From positions 620,001 through 684,000 of the forward strand of contig CP142731.1 of NCBI GenBank assembly GCA_036630325.1: a stretch of DNA of 64,000 bases, in the 5' to 3' direction. This DNA comes from Vairimorpha necatrix (taxonomy: Eukaryota). Each line of letters begins with the position of its first letter. The first letter of the stretch is position 1. Made by a program: the position numbers and the translations under genes. Below, one piece after another: positions 13,801-26,346 of the stretch. The notes under the pieces are model-generated. The model searched no databases, was not told the DNA's origin, and saw nothing but the letters and a program-made list of their open reading frames with translations.

Positions 13801-15156
13801 CGAGATCGATTTCTATTCAGACGTTACGGACTACTAGTTTGTGTAAAAATGAATCAAGAGTTGTTATAGAGTTGTGTATCATGGATTTATAGAAAAGTTG
13901 TTTCTGCGCATATTATTTTGTTTATCTTTATAATGATGTATTTATCCAGAAATTATATGAGATTACCTTTGAAATATAGTAATTTTTTATAGAAAAAATA
14001 AAAAAAACTGATGCTTGCAACAGTTCACAAGAACTTTTTACGAATATATGCTTTAAGTTAGATCTAAAATCTTTCACGAAATACAAGTACGAAGTTCTTT
14101 TTCTTGCTAAAATATATTACAAATTATACCATCAGGCGGATTACAATACAGAGTGAAAGAAAGGTTTAAATTTCACCATTATATTTCTTAAATTGTTGTA
14201 GCTATTAAGTTTTAATTGTGCGGTTTCAGTTTAGATGTTTCTTTTATTTACAAAAATACAATTTTTTTGTACTAATATAATCTTTAATTATTATAGTTTC
14301 TTAAAGAATAGATTTTTTAAACTATAAACCCAATTGATAATATATTAATCATTTCTAATGAACGCTCCTAGCTAAAACAGTTTTTCTAATATATATGAAA
14401 AGTACTTTATGTTCTAACAAAAATATTTTATAGGCTTGTTGAAGAATAAGATAAAGTCCAAAATTACTTTACAACCGGAATATTAATATTAATAGAATAA
14501 AATATACAATTGTACCTAAACAAAAAATATTAATGTTATATTAAAGATGATTTGTCCAAAAATACAGATACAACCGCTTTATATTCCATTTAAATTTTTA
14601 TACGATCCAAGAAGAGTTAGAAGTATCAAAAAAGGTATATAATATCTTATGTGTTTAGTTCTTGGTTTCAAGTCGATAGAACATTGTTATTTCATTTTTT
14701 AATTGGGGTTTATTCCAATTTTTAAAAAACACATAAATGAGTTAGTAAGATTTCAAATTTAAGAGGTATCGTGGTCATTGTTCTTGTCGAAATTGATGCC
14801 TTTTATTCTTAGGCAGTACACAATACAGCCCCAAATTAACTTTATGATGTTTATAAGGGTAAATTTATTGGAAATTCACAAATTTGTCCTATTTATTTCA
14901 GTTAGTGCTCTAAATAGATGTTAAATTTTTTAATATATTTCTTCAAAAATTTTCTCATATAATCAGGATGTGATTTAACTAGTAAGATTTTAATATATTT
15001 TCTTTGCTAAATTATATGTTTGAAAAAAAAAAACTACATTCGCGCCCATTACTATGTGGTTATGATATTATAATCGTCTTTGGAAAATTATATAATATTT
15101 AATAAGAGATTTGAGAGCAAGTTTTCAAGATATGTCCTAATCCGGTAAGTTATTGC

Positions 15157-15179
15157 TATATATATATATATATATATAT
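15157..15179. repeat. (TA)n microsatellite
   Basis: Direct reading. Confidence 0.9.
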
Positions 15180-16478
15180 CGGTACCTGGTTTTCGGGGCG
15201 AACACTATTATCAGGACATTGTTCATATTCTAAACGACAACAAAGATTAGAACATATTTTTTTTTGGACTTTGACATATATATATACATGAAAAAAATAA
15301 TATCAAACAAATTTTAAAAGAAATACATAATATAGAGGTCAAATTCAATTTTAAATATAAAATCGAAGAACTTATGATTAGTTTAAGCAATGTATCAATT
15401 AATCCTGTTAAAAGTCAACAATTAAGTAAGTGCGACGTTTTAGAATTCAATTTCCTCATATACATATGGAGATAAGTTGACAATATAAGACAAGAATGAG
15501 GTTTTACTGCTGTTATAATGGGAATTGATATCAAAAAGTCGTTTCCTAAATTTGATAAATTTTGTCATTAACGACAGAAAAAAATACACATAATCGTATT
15601 GTAAACTGTGCATTCACATACTTGGAATAAAGCTGTATTATTGACCAAATATCATCATATGAAATTATAAATTACTATTTAAAAATAGCTTTATTTTTGT
15701 TTAATCTGTACTAAATGCTTAAGAGAAAAAACATCAGAGACTAATAGATTTGATATTATACCTTTTCTGTTGAAAGTTTTCGATAAATTCATTGCTCTGT
15801 GTTATTATTTCACCAATATCTTCTATGTATTTTTTGGATTATGAGTAGATAGGATTCAACTTAGTGATATAATACGCTCAATGTTTTTTGTAATGTTGAT
15901 GTGATACAACGCCAATCTATGACTTTTTATGTAATAGTCTACTGTAATAGAGCCAGATTTTTGAATAAATTGTTTTACGTCGATTTAATATTTTCGGTTT
16001 AAAAGTTTTGGACCTTTAGCTATAAGTTGATGTTGTATCGTAGTATATTTGTAAAAGATATTCGATAATTTTTTGTAATTACAAAATCTGAACTATTATG
16101 AAAAAAAATATTAATTTTGGTCAAATTTCCGCTCTAATTATATCAGATGTTGGTAGGACATTTTGCACTAAAAAATCTTCAGTTTTTTATTTATAAAAAA
16201 TGTGAATCTGCATGCAGCAACATATAGATTAAATTTAGTTTGCCTATAACTGTTCAATACAAAAGCATCACATAACATCATAAAACAATGCCGACTTATT
16301 GCACCAAAACTAATTGACTATTTACAATGGAAGATTTTTGTTCCAAAAATATTATTATATGTATAAGAACTGAAAAACATTATATAATATTTATTTCTTC
16401 AAAAAAAATAATAGTCTTATGAAAAATGTAGAATAAATAAAATATATATAAATAGAAAAATCACTTGTAAGAATTTAT

Positions 16479-17093
16479 TTATAACGCGATTAGTAGTAAT
16501 GTAAATCCAATGACAGAAATAGACACCAATACTTTGTCTGCATTGCTACTTACAGAATCTTCATCAACGTTTTTATCGTCGTTTTTTACTTTCGTATTCT
16601 TTTTTTTCGTTTGCGGGCTAGAAGCTACATTCTTTTGTTGAGAGGTTGGTTTATACTCATAAAAGTTAGCGCTTTTGTCGGTCTGTATTCCTTCTATAAA
16701 CCTAGGTTTGGAATTATAAACAGCTTTGATTGTTTTTTCGTCATTAGCCATTTCTTTGTATTCTTGTATATTATAATTAAATTTTTCTGGTTTTAACTGA
16801 AAATCATTCGGTGTTGGGGCATATGCAAGAATGTATTTGTTACCTTCAGTCTTGACAATAAGAGCTCCACTATCAAGTAATTCTCCGGCGTTTTCATGTA
16901 CAGCAATTTTCTTAGGCATACTCCATTCATTATCATTTGGCCCTTTTGATTTAATTTCTATTCCTCCTCTACCATCAGTCTTTATAGAATAGGCCACATT
17001 GTCTTTTAGATTGATCAATTCTTCAACGTAAATGTCAAGCTGTTCTTTAAGACTAACATTGTTGAATATGAATACTAGAAGTTGCAGGTCCAT
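16479..17093 (-). CDS. Hypothetical surface protein, 204 aa, with signal peptide and C-terminal hydrophobic (GPI-like) tail
   Basis: Intact ORF; hydrophobic N-terminus; SSN then VLVSISVIGFTLLLIAL at the end; GGG motif ~10 nt before ATG. Confidence 0.85.
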   Translation of the reverse strand: MDLQLLVFIFNNVSLKEQLDIYVEELINLKDNVAYSIKTDGRGGIEIKSKGPNDNEWSMPKKIAVHENAGELLDSGALIVKTEGNKYILAYAPTPNDFQLKPEKFNYNIQEYKEMANDEKTIKAVYNSKPRFIEGIQTDKSANFYEYKPTSQQKNVASSPQTKKKNTKVKNDDKNVDEDSVSSNADKVLVSISVIGFTLLLIAL

Positions 17094-19020
17094 TTTTATT
17101 TACCCTCATAAAAATTTTATTTATATTTTACATGTTTATTTACACCACAAGAAAACACTGTGAATTAACAAACTTAAACAATTGAATAAACAAATTTCTT
17201 AAAACAAACATACGAGTATTAAAAAAATATTATGATAACTTTGATTGCTTTTTACTTATAAGAAAAAATTAGAATGTTCAAAGTCGATTTTCCATGTCAT
17301 ATAAATCCTATTGTTGGAATGAAAACATAGGTTTATTTATTATAAAATATTTAAAGAACAACATGTCAAATGTCTCAGAAAGGCCAATGCGTGATTTGAC
17401 ATGTGTTACACTTCCTATACTAACCTACCTTAAAAGCTTAACATGATTTTGACTTGTCATAACCCTTTTTTCCATTATCAAGCATCACTTCAAATGAATT
17501 TAATCGCAGTTCTACAACCGTTCCTTTTTCTTCCCATTTTGGTTTGAATTTTTTTCTAAACGGTAGAATTAAATAATACCAAACTCTACTTTCCACCTTA
17601 ATGGCATTCTGTTACCGGAATTAGCTTTTTACTAGTGTCGTTTTCTCGTCTGTAAACATCCAAGTTTTTAATTGCTTGCTCCTAAAACTCTTTTTTATCT
17701 TTTTGGAGATGCATTCCTTCTTTATATCTATCTTATTTGAAGCTCTTCCTGTAAAAAGTTCTCGCTGCACACCCTATTGCCCTAGGATATGATTGCATAT
17801 AGACTCTGACTACTTTAGGAACTCCTTTTACCCAATCAAATTTCCTTAAATTCTGTAACCTTCCTTAACTTTATGGATAAAGTTCTATTAAACATCTCAA
17901 CAAGCCCCGTAGTTGTAGGTTTATTAGGTGAGCCATGTTTCCCTTGAATTTTTTTGGTCTTCGCATATTCCTCACATATATTATTTTTGAATTCTTTGCC
18001 ATTATGAAAAAAATAGATTTTTTCATACCATACTTCCTGATTATATGTTTATCTACAAAATAAATAACCGTGTTCTTGTCTTTTGCATAAATCGGCACCG
18101 CCTTAGCAACTTTCAAAAGGTGGGGAATCATTGTCATAAGAATTTATATCCTTGCTCGTTTTCTCTCAAGGGCCCTAATATGACTATTTCCTAAATAATT
18201 CCTATTGTCTTTGATACTAATACCACCATATCTCCGAATTTCCTCGGAGGCTTTTCTTTTTGACACGTTTCACATTATTCTACGTATTTTTCATGTCTCT
18301 GCCTAAATTCTTCCAAGTATATTTTCGACCAATATTATATTTCATATTCTGTTTTGATCCATGCCCTGATAAATCATGATTAAATTTTTATAATACTAAC
18401 CTACTATCTGTTTTGATTTTTTTTCTTTTGTATTGAATTTATTTCTAAAACAGTCTCCTCATGTTTTTTAAATTCTCTGCTTAGGTGATTTGTATAGTTT
18501 GATGGTCCCGTAATGTATTCAATATCGAAATCATATTCTTGTAGCAGTAATGACCATCTAGCCAACCTAGCTTTTACATTAATAGACTTAAACAAATATT
18601 CCAAAGCCTGATGATACGTTTTTAATGTAAATTTTCCTAATAATAGATATTCTCTGAGGTATTGAATCGATTTTATAACTCTAGCAGCTCTTGCTCAGTA
18701 GTGGAATGGTTTTTAATAAACTTTAAGCAATAGTTGTATTACCCTGTGGTATTACGACCACATGTAAAATTCCATTATTCTCAAAATGGAATTTCTTAAA
18801 TAACTTAAAAAAAAATTCGTTTTCTCCCCAACAAAAAGAAAAAAGAGATGCAGACAAAGGACACAAACAATAAACGATTTATTTATAAAAAAGCTCAAGA
18901 AGTCTATTATAAGTAGCTTACTAGAAGCCTACTATCAACGAGGGTTCATCCCTCGTGACCACCTCAAGTTGAATTCAACGAGGAAAACTCATATCAAAGA
19001 TCAAAAGAAAGAAAAAGAAC

Positions 19021-19369
19021 TGTGATGTATATTACTACATCACATGGACAGCTGCTAAAACCATCAGCTGTCACTTATGTCTAAGGACATGTCAAGCATT
19101 TCAAATGACCTGTCAAGATGAGTCACACAAACAAACAAACAAACGAAAGTTGGATGGTCGTTACTACATTCGTAAGTACGCCAATGTTTGTGTTTAGTGT
19201 TGACAAGAAATAATAAATTAAAAATAAACTATAAAAGAAAGTCTGTCTGTGAAGGGTATGGTATATATGGAGTATAAGAGAAATAGAGAAACCATCAATA
19301 AATTATATAATATTAAAAATTATTTAGAAAGCTATTTTAAATATAGCAAAGTCCCGTCTATACAGGACA
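19021..19369 (+). mobile_element. Solo LTR C (349 bp)
   Basis: TG...CA ends; 5-bp TSD agaac on both sides. Confidence 0.85.
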
Positions 19370-20033
19370 AGAACATACAGAATTTGAAAAAATATACAAG
19401 GAACTGCAGTTAAGAATAAAGTAAAAATTTATAACATTTATGAGATCCAACAAGATTTAACCATAAATCAACTCCAAAAATTTGAGATGTTAGCTAAAGC
19501 AAATGATTAGAATGACGAACAAATGGCTTTGATTTACATGGTTTTCATGCACGATCCAAGAAAGGATTATTTATCATCAGATTCTTATGTTGCATTAAGA
19601 ATGTCACTGTTAAATTTTATTTAGCCATCGGAACAAAAAAGACGTGCTATACGTAAATTAGATAATACGAGCCAAATAAGTTATTTTAGTATTAAAGAAT
19701 ATTTGAAACAATCAAGGAAAGACTTAACAGTTATTCATATCATAATGATCATAAAAAGAGAAGCTCTGCATAAAATGAAAGAAGTGATTCTAAAGAGACT
19801 AGGAGATTTCACACATTTAGAATTAACAAGACAAAATATGATCAGTTGGAAATCTATATAATTTATATTTACCTTGTTCTAAAAGAAAATAAAATTGTAA
19901 CTTAAGTCGAGAAACACAATTACCCATTATGAAAAAGAGAAATTCGATAATAACAGAAATACTCAACTTAATAGCCCGAAATGGTGTTAACTTCATAGGA
20001 GTAACTGTACTTATGGTATTAAGCGTTGCTACG

Positions 20034-23000
20034 TGCCATGTCTTGGCGGTACCTTGTTGGTTTTTAAAAAGGAAATGTAAATAGATTTACAAGTTGAAGA
20101 GTAATTCATATTTATTTAAAAATAATTTTCTTAAATAGTTTTTTCTGAATCAAATCAAATATAATTGGTTACACGAGTACCAATTAAAACATTGATCTGA
20201 AACAACTATTTCCTTGAGTATAATTGGTCATAGTGAGGGTATGACAGTTTCCCCCACCTTAGCCGGCCTTACTCTTTTGATATTTACCAATGTAAATTTA
20301 TCGTCTTCCAGAACCTTCAACTGATCCCCTTGTATAGATTCCACAATAAAAGGACCTAGCCATTTGTCCTCGAGTTTTTCTTTTGCGTTTACATTCTTAA
20401 TGTAAATATAATCACCTTTAGCAAATTTGTGACCGATTATTCTAGACTTGTTTAATTTAGCATTATCTTTAGCTGTTTTTGTATGTATGTTTTGGATTAT
20501 ACTTCGAGTGTCAAATGATAAATTTCGTTTGAAGGGATCGAGTGGACTATATTTAAACCTAAACTCAAATGGAGATAACCCGGTTGTTTTATGAGCAGCG
20601 TAATTTAAGGCTCTAAACGCTAATTGAATCGTCTCGCTTAAAAAGTTTCCTTTATTGATTCTTAGTATCGTAGCGATGGTTTGGTTAATCCGCTCACTGA
20701 TGCTATTTCCCGTAGGATTATATGGAGAAGTAAGAATATGCTTGATTTTATACGCTTGTAAAATATTTTCAAATTTTTGCGATATAAATTGTTTACCCCT
20801 ATCTGAAAGTAGAGTTTGCGGGATGGGGCACTGTTTAAGCCAATTGTTTTCGAATGCCTCAGAAACTGCTGCTGCGGTAATCTCTGGAAGTATAATTAGT
20901 TCTGTCCATCGTGTCAATCTGTCTGTGATTCTTAGTATGTAAAATTTGTTTTCAACTATATTTGACTTAAACTCGTCTGAGCGAAATGGACCTATTATGT
21001 CCGTAGATATATCTTTAAATGGCGTGTTTGAAGAAAGGTTTCCTTTTAGTTCTCCATAGTTTGCGCGAAAGTTTTTACTTGTTTGACATTTAAAGCATTG
21101 CTGACTAATATTTTGAATGCTTCGTTTAACATTATTTCACGTTAGATAAGTTTTTATGGAATTATAAAGCTTAACTTCTCCTGGGTGTCCTAAATAGTCA
21201 TGAATTCGCTTTAAATATGTTGTAAATATAGTATCTGGGAGGATAAGTCGGTTTACATTGTCTGATATAATGCCCGAATCATGGAGTATATATCTTTGTG
21301 GTGAATCTGCTACGCTTTCTTGCAGTTTAGAATCTTGCAGTTGTTGTTCTAAGATTTCTTTTAGGTTATATTTAAAATTTCCAAAAATGTAGTCCATTAG
21401 TGCACAACACCTTGATAAGTGATCTGGAACTACGTTTGTTTCTCCTTTAATATGAGTGATTGTGTAATCATATTCGTCAAGTAATAGTTTCCAGCGTTGA
21501 ACTCGTTTATTCAGGGCTTCTGTTGTAAAAAGTAAATTTGCGTTGTCTGTCTGGATGTGTATTTTTAAATTAAAAATGATTTGCTTAAAGTGTCTGAGTG
21601 ATTTAATTACTGCTAGAAATTACTTTTCCATAACCGTGTATCTTTTTTCGGCTTCTGAAAATTTGTAACTATAAAGTCCTATAAGGTTTTCGTCTTGAAG
21701 TAAAGTAGATCCTAATCCCTCTTCGGATGCATCTGTAGTAAGTAGAAAAGGTTTTTTGTAGTCGGGATAATTTAACATTGTTTGTCGTTTGATCTCCGAA
21801 ATAATGTTCTTTACTGAAGCATCTTCCTCTTTGGTCCACGAAAATTTGCTTTTCTTTGCTAGTTTGTTGGTCAAGAATGCTATTTTACTTGAAAGATTTT
21901 TGATATAAGGTCTGAACCAATTAATGAATCCAATAATTTTCATCAAGTCTTTCTTCGTTCTTGGGTTTTTTTTATAGTAAATTTATCAACCCGGGAAATG
22001 TCTGGTTTTATTCCTTTAGATGAAATTATATTTCCTAAATAGGTTACTTCTGGCACAAAGAAAGTGGATTTTTCAAAATTAACTGATGCGCCTGCCTTAC
22101 ATAGAAGTGATAATACAATTTTAAGATGTTCTTCATGGTCTTGTTGACATTTAGAATATATTAGTACGTCGTCTAGAAAAATTTTTACAAATTCGAGATG
22201 ACCCAAAAGGTCGGACATACATCGTTGGAATTCTCTGGGCGCATTGGCAAGCCCAAAAGGCATTCTTAGGAATTCATATTGTCCCCATGGAAGCACAAAC
22301 GCCGTTTTGTGAACATCTTGTTTAGCGACTGGGATCTGGTAATAGCCCATATTTAGATCTATTTGTGAAAAAATAAATGCTTCCTGTAATGATCGTAATT
22401 GTTCATGAATATTTGGAAATGGGAATGCTTGTTTTACTGTTACTGAGTTAAGTTTTCTGTAGTCTATTACTAACCGAATTTTCCCGTTTTTCTTCAGAAT
22501 AGGGAATGCCGGTGATGCGTAATGAGACGTGCTCTTTTGGATTATCTTTAGTTTTAAAAGATTGTCAATTTCTTGCTTGAGTGGTTCTTGTATGTTTATG
22601 GACACTTGGTAAGGTTTTGAAAATACTGGAGTATTAGTAGTTGTTTTTATCTGAAAACCTTGCAAAGGTAGTTGCCCAAGTGACGGATTGTTTTCTTGTA
22701 CGTCTTTTATGTATGATTTAATAGAATCTGGAATATATGTACTGTCGTCTTCTGTGATCATTTTTGTTTTAGAGTAAATGATATAGTCTGGATTGTTTAT
22801 CCAATCTTGATAATCTTTGTTCGTAAATTGAAACCTCTTATTCTGAATATAAATAGATTTTTGGTGATAGTCTATTACTGTATTGGTATTATTTAAAAAG
22901 GGTCTTCCCAATATACAGTCCAGAATGAGATCGTCGAGTACGATTAAAATAACTCTTTCTTTAACGCTTTCTGATTGTTTTATTGTTAAATATACTTCGA

Positions 23001-24230
23001 CGGCCTCGTTAGTATTCGAGGTAATACCGTTTCCATATTCGATTCGCCTGTTTCTGACTATAAGAGGGGTAAGTTCAAGTTGTTTTACCATTGATCTACT
23101 CATATAGTTGCTGCTTGCTCCTGTGTCGAATGATAGGGTAATTTGGGTTTGGTTGACATTTCCCAGTAGTTCGGGCAACCCAATTGGGGTATCTGGTTCT
23201 TTAAGAATTAAATTTTTATCATTTCTCTGGGTAACGCTTCCCTTAGAGCTGTTTAGCGCTCTACAATCTTTCGTGTAATGTCCACGGCTTTTATGAAATG
23301 TACAAAATGGTTTCTGTTGGTTGTGTTCTTTTTTATTCTTCATGGATTTAAAATCCAATTTAACACATGGCTCTTTTCCAAGGTTAATAATTGTCTGTTC
23401 TATTTCCTTAATTTGATTCATTATGGATATAGAATCCCTTAGATTAATCTTGGCCATTTCTAATTTCGTTGTTATATCTAAACCTTGGTAAAAATACTCA
23501 GATATTCTACTATTCATATCTTTCTCGGAGATTCTTAAACACCATTTTAGTTTCGTTGTAAGGTCTTTAATTCGATTATGATATTGTTCGATATATGTAA
23601 AATCATTCTGTTTTGTTCTTTGGATCGCATCTAAGTACCAATGGGAATCCTGTTCGGGATAGGCGCTGTAAATTAGCGCAAGAAAATGCTTTTCTATGTC
23701 CAAAATTTTCTTCTTTGGAAGTATATCTAAAAGCGAAGGTGTAACTACTGAATGCAGCACGGCAATTGAAAGAGATGCTGACCATTGGCATTGTTCCATG
23801 GTTTCTTTGAACTCTGAAGTCCATTGAAAAATATCCTGTATTGTTAAATCGTTAAGTTCTGTGATAGACTTTGAAAGTTGTAACGAATTTGTAGGATCGG
23901 GAGAAAAGGTAAAAGAGTACTGTTTAAAGTCTTTCTTTATTTTTGACAGATTTGAACCTGGTTTGTTAAAGCTCCCTGCATGAATAAAATCTTCTTTGTC
24001 GGCGTATGACGTCATAATGCCATGTCTTGGCGGTACCTTGTTGGTTTTTAAAAAGGAAATGTAAAAAGATTTACAAGTTGAAGAGTAATTCATATTTATT
24101 TAAAAATAATTTTCTTAAATAGTTTTTTCTGAATCAAATCAAATATAATTGGTTACACGAGTACCAATTAAAACATTGATCTGAAACAACTATTTCCTTG
24201 AGTATAATTGGTCATAGTGAGGGTATGACA
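20034..24230 (-). mobile_element. Full-length Gypsy element D
   Basis: 213-bp LTRs (20034-20246, 24018-24230; 1 mismatch seen); TSD ctacg; PPT ggtgggggaaac; gag CCHC-type knuckle, PR FDTGA, RT FLDD, RH and IN, with a few stops/frameshifts. Confidence 0.97.
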
Positions 24231-24976
24231 CTACGCCCTACAGAATAAAAAAAGATTGCTTGAATTTGCAGATCATAAGGATAAAAATATGATTATAAAA
24301 CAACGTGGCTAATGTCCCGAAGACATTACTGTAATTAAAAATAGGTAATAAGGATGCGAAAATGATATTAGATAGCGGATCAAGAAGATATATAATTCTA
24401 AAAGAGCAGTTATGAATTCAATTAAAGAAAGAAGAAGGTGCGCAAATTGAAGCCATAATTGGAAATAATGAAACAGAAGAATCAAGTGAAATAATCAATA
24501 CTGTTGTTACGATAAAAGAAAACCCCTTTGAAGTAAAATTTTGCGTTTTAGAAAAATTCCCCGTTAATTTTGTTCTAGGAAACGAATTTCTTGACATATT
24601 GTGCAAAGTTAGATTACGCCGAAGGAACGGTAGAATTAGATGGACTACGAAATGACATGGTACATAAAGCAGGAAATGCGGAAGAATTGCTAGATAAAGA
24701 AATAGTTAATAAATTATGTCAGGTTAGCGAAAGCAAAGAATAATAAACTATTAGACTTCTATATTAATGAAAACAAAAAATTTACCTTTATGAAAGCAAA
24801 CCTAGCTTCGTTTAATGTAATACGACCAGTTTTAAAAACAAAGAAGATTACCTATACAGTTTCATTTAAATATATTGAAAAAGCGAAAATGGAAATTAAA
24901 AGACTTTTAGATGCAGATATAATTATAAAAAAGTTTTTTTTGATACAATAAGTTCTGCATTTTTCATAGAAAAGAA

Positions 24977-26074
24977 GGTGCTTCTTTGGTATGCGATCAG
25001 ATTTTTTTTTTAAAAAAAAATTCTGACCCCCTAAAAATGGAAAATAGTGACTTTAAAATTTCTGATCGCATATCAAAGAAAAGCACGTAAATAAAAATAA
25101 GGCAATACAAGGGCTTTTCTATGGTATTGGCGACTGTTTAAACTCATTGCTTGAATAAAAGTCTTGAAAGAGCAAAAGACATGCTTTAAATGCAATGAGA
25201 TTTCAAATTTGTTTCATATAAGGAGAGAGAGGTTAAAAGAGTGGTATACAGGTGTTCTAATTATAAATGAAGAGCTAAAATACAGTTAAAAACAGAAGCA
25301 AGTCACCTTTATATAATTTTTGTGGATTAATATTTTTAATTTTGTGTAGGAGCAGTTATTTTACTTTAGAAGCAAAACTAGGAGTTTCTTCATCGACAGT
25401 TTCCGATGCAAAAAAAAGAATTAGAGAAATTTTTAAAAACAAAATTTCTAAGTGGCTTATTATTGGTGGCCAGCGAAAAATTGTTAAGTTGATGAGTCTG
25501 TAATTTGTAGAAGAGATAAAATAAGAAATCCAACAAGTTGTGACGATATAATCCCTGATACCGTTTGGATACTAGGTATAGTAGAAGCATCTAATCCTAC
25601 GAACTTTTACATTACAGTGGTGGATAATAGGAACACGAATGTTTAACAGTTGCTCTAATAGGTAAAATAAGCGTTGGTTCGATTTTACATAGTGATGGTC
25701 ATCCGTGTTATCCAAGTGTAGCACGAAATCTTTGTCTTGAACAAAAGGTAGTAAACACTCTATCGGGTTTAAATCTGCAGATGGTACTCATACCAATAAC
25801 ATTGAGAATGTATGGTCGCAGCATAAATCTGAAATGACCAAAGAACATGGAGTTAAGAGTAATGAAATTGATTCATGGCTCAATGAATTTATATTTAGGA
25901 AAAGTTTTTGTAGAGGGGACAATTAAAAGGTGTTTCCCGACTGTTATGTTGATTAATTATATAATTTACTCAATTAAATCAAATTTATAGTATTTTTAAC
26001 GTTTTTTCATATTTTTTTCATTTTTTTCCTTTACAAGGGGGTCTTGGTGTCCGATCGCATACCAAAGAAGCACC
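24977..26074 (+). mobile_element. Merlin transposon E (pseudogenised)
   Basis: TIR ggtgcttctttggtatgcgatc; TSD gaaaagaa; HSDGHPCY and HTNNIENVWS remnants; related to 9764-10870. Confidence 0.93.
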
Positions 26075-26346
26075 GAAAAGAAAAATAAGGATTTGCGTTT
26101 AGTAGTAGATTATAAAGAAGTAATTAAAGCCTTGCAAGATGGCCTATAAATTATACCCAAAATTGAGGATTGTCTAACAATAATGGGATCTAACAAATTT
26201 TTTACGCAGATTGATTTGAGTAACGGATTTAATCTGATAAAAATAGATGAAAAATCAAGAAATATACATCGTTTTTTTTTTATTAGGACAACAGTTGCAA
26301 TACAAGAGAATTTCCTTTGGGATTAAGCCCGGTCCAAAATTATTTC

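Noticed and set aside
11650-13900. Possible ancient Helitron Rep remnant on the minus strand (YLSKG ~12450, RTYNG ~11845)
   Set aside because: Too decayed to support without a profile search
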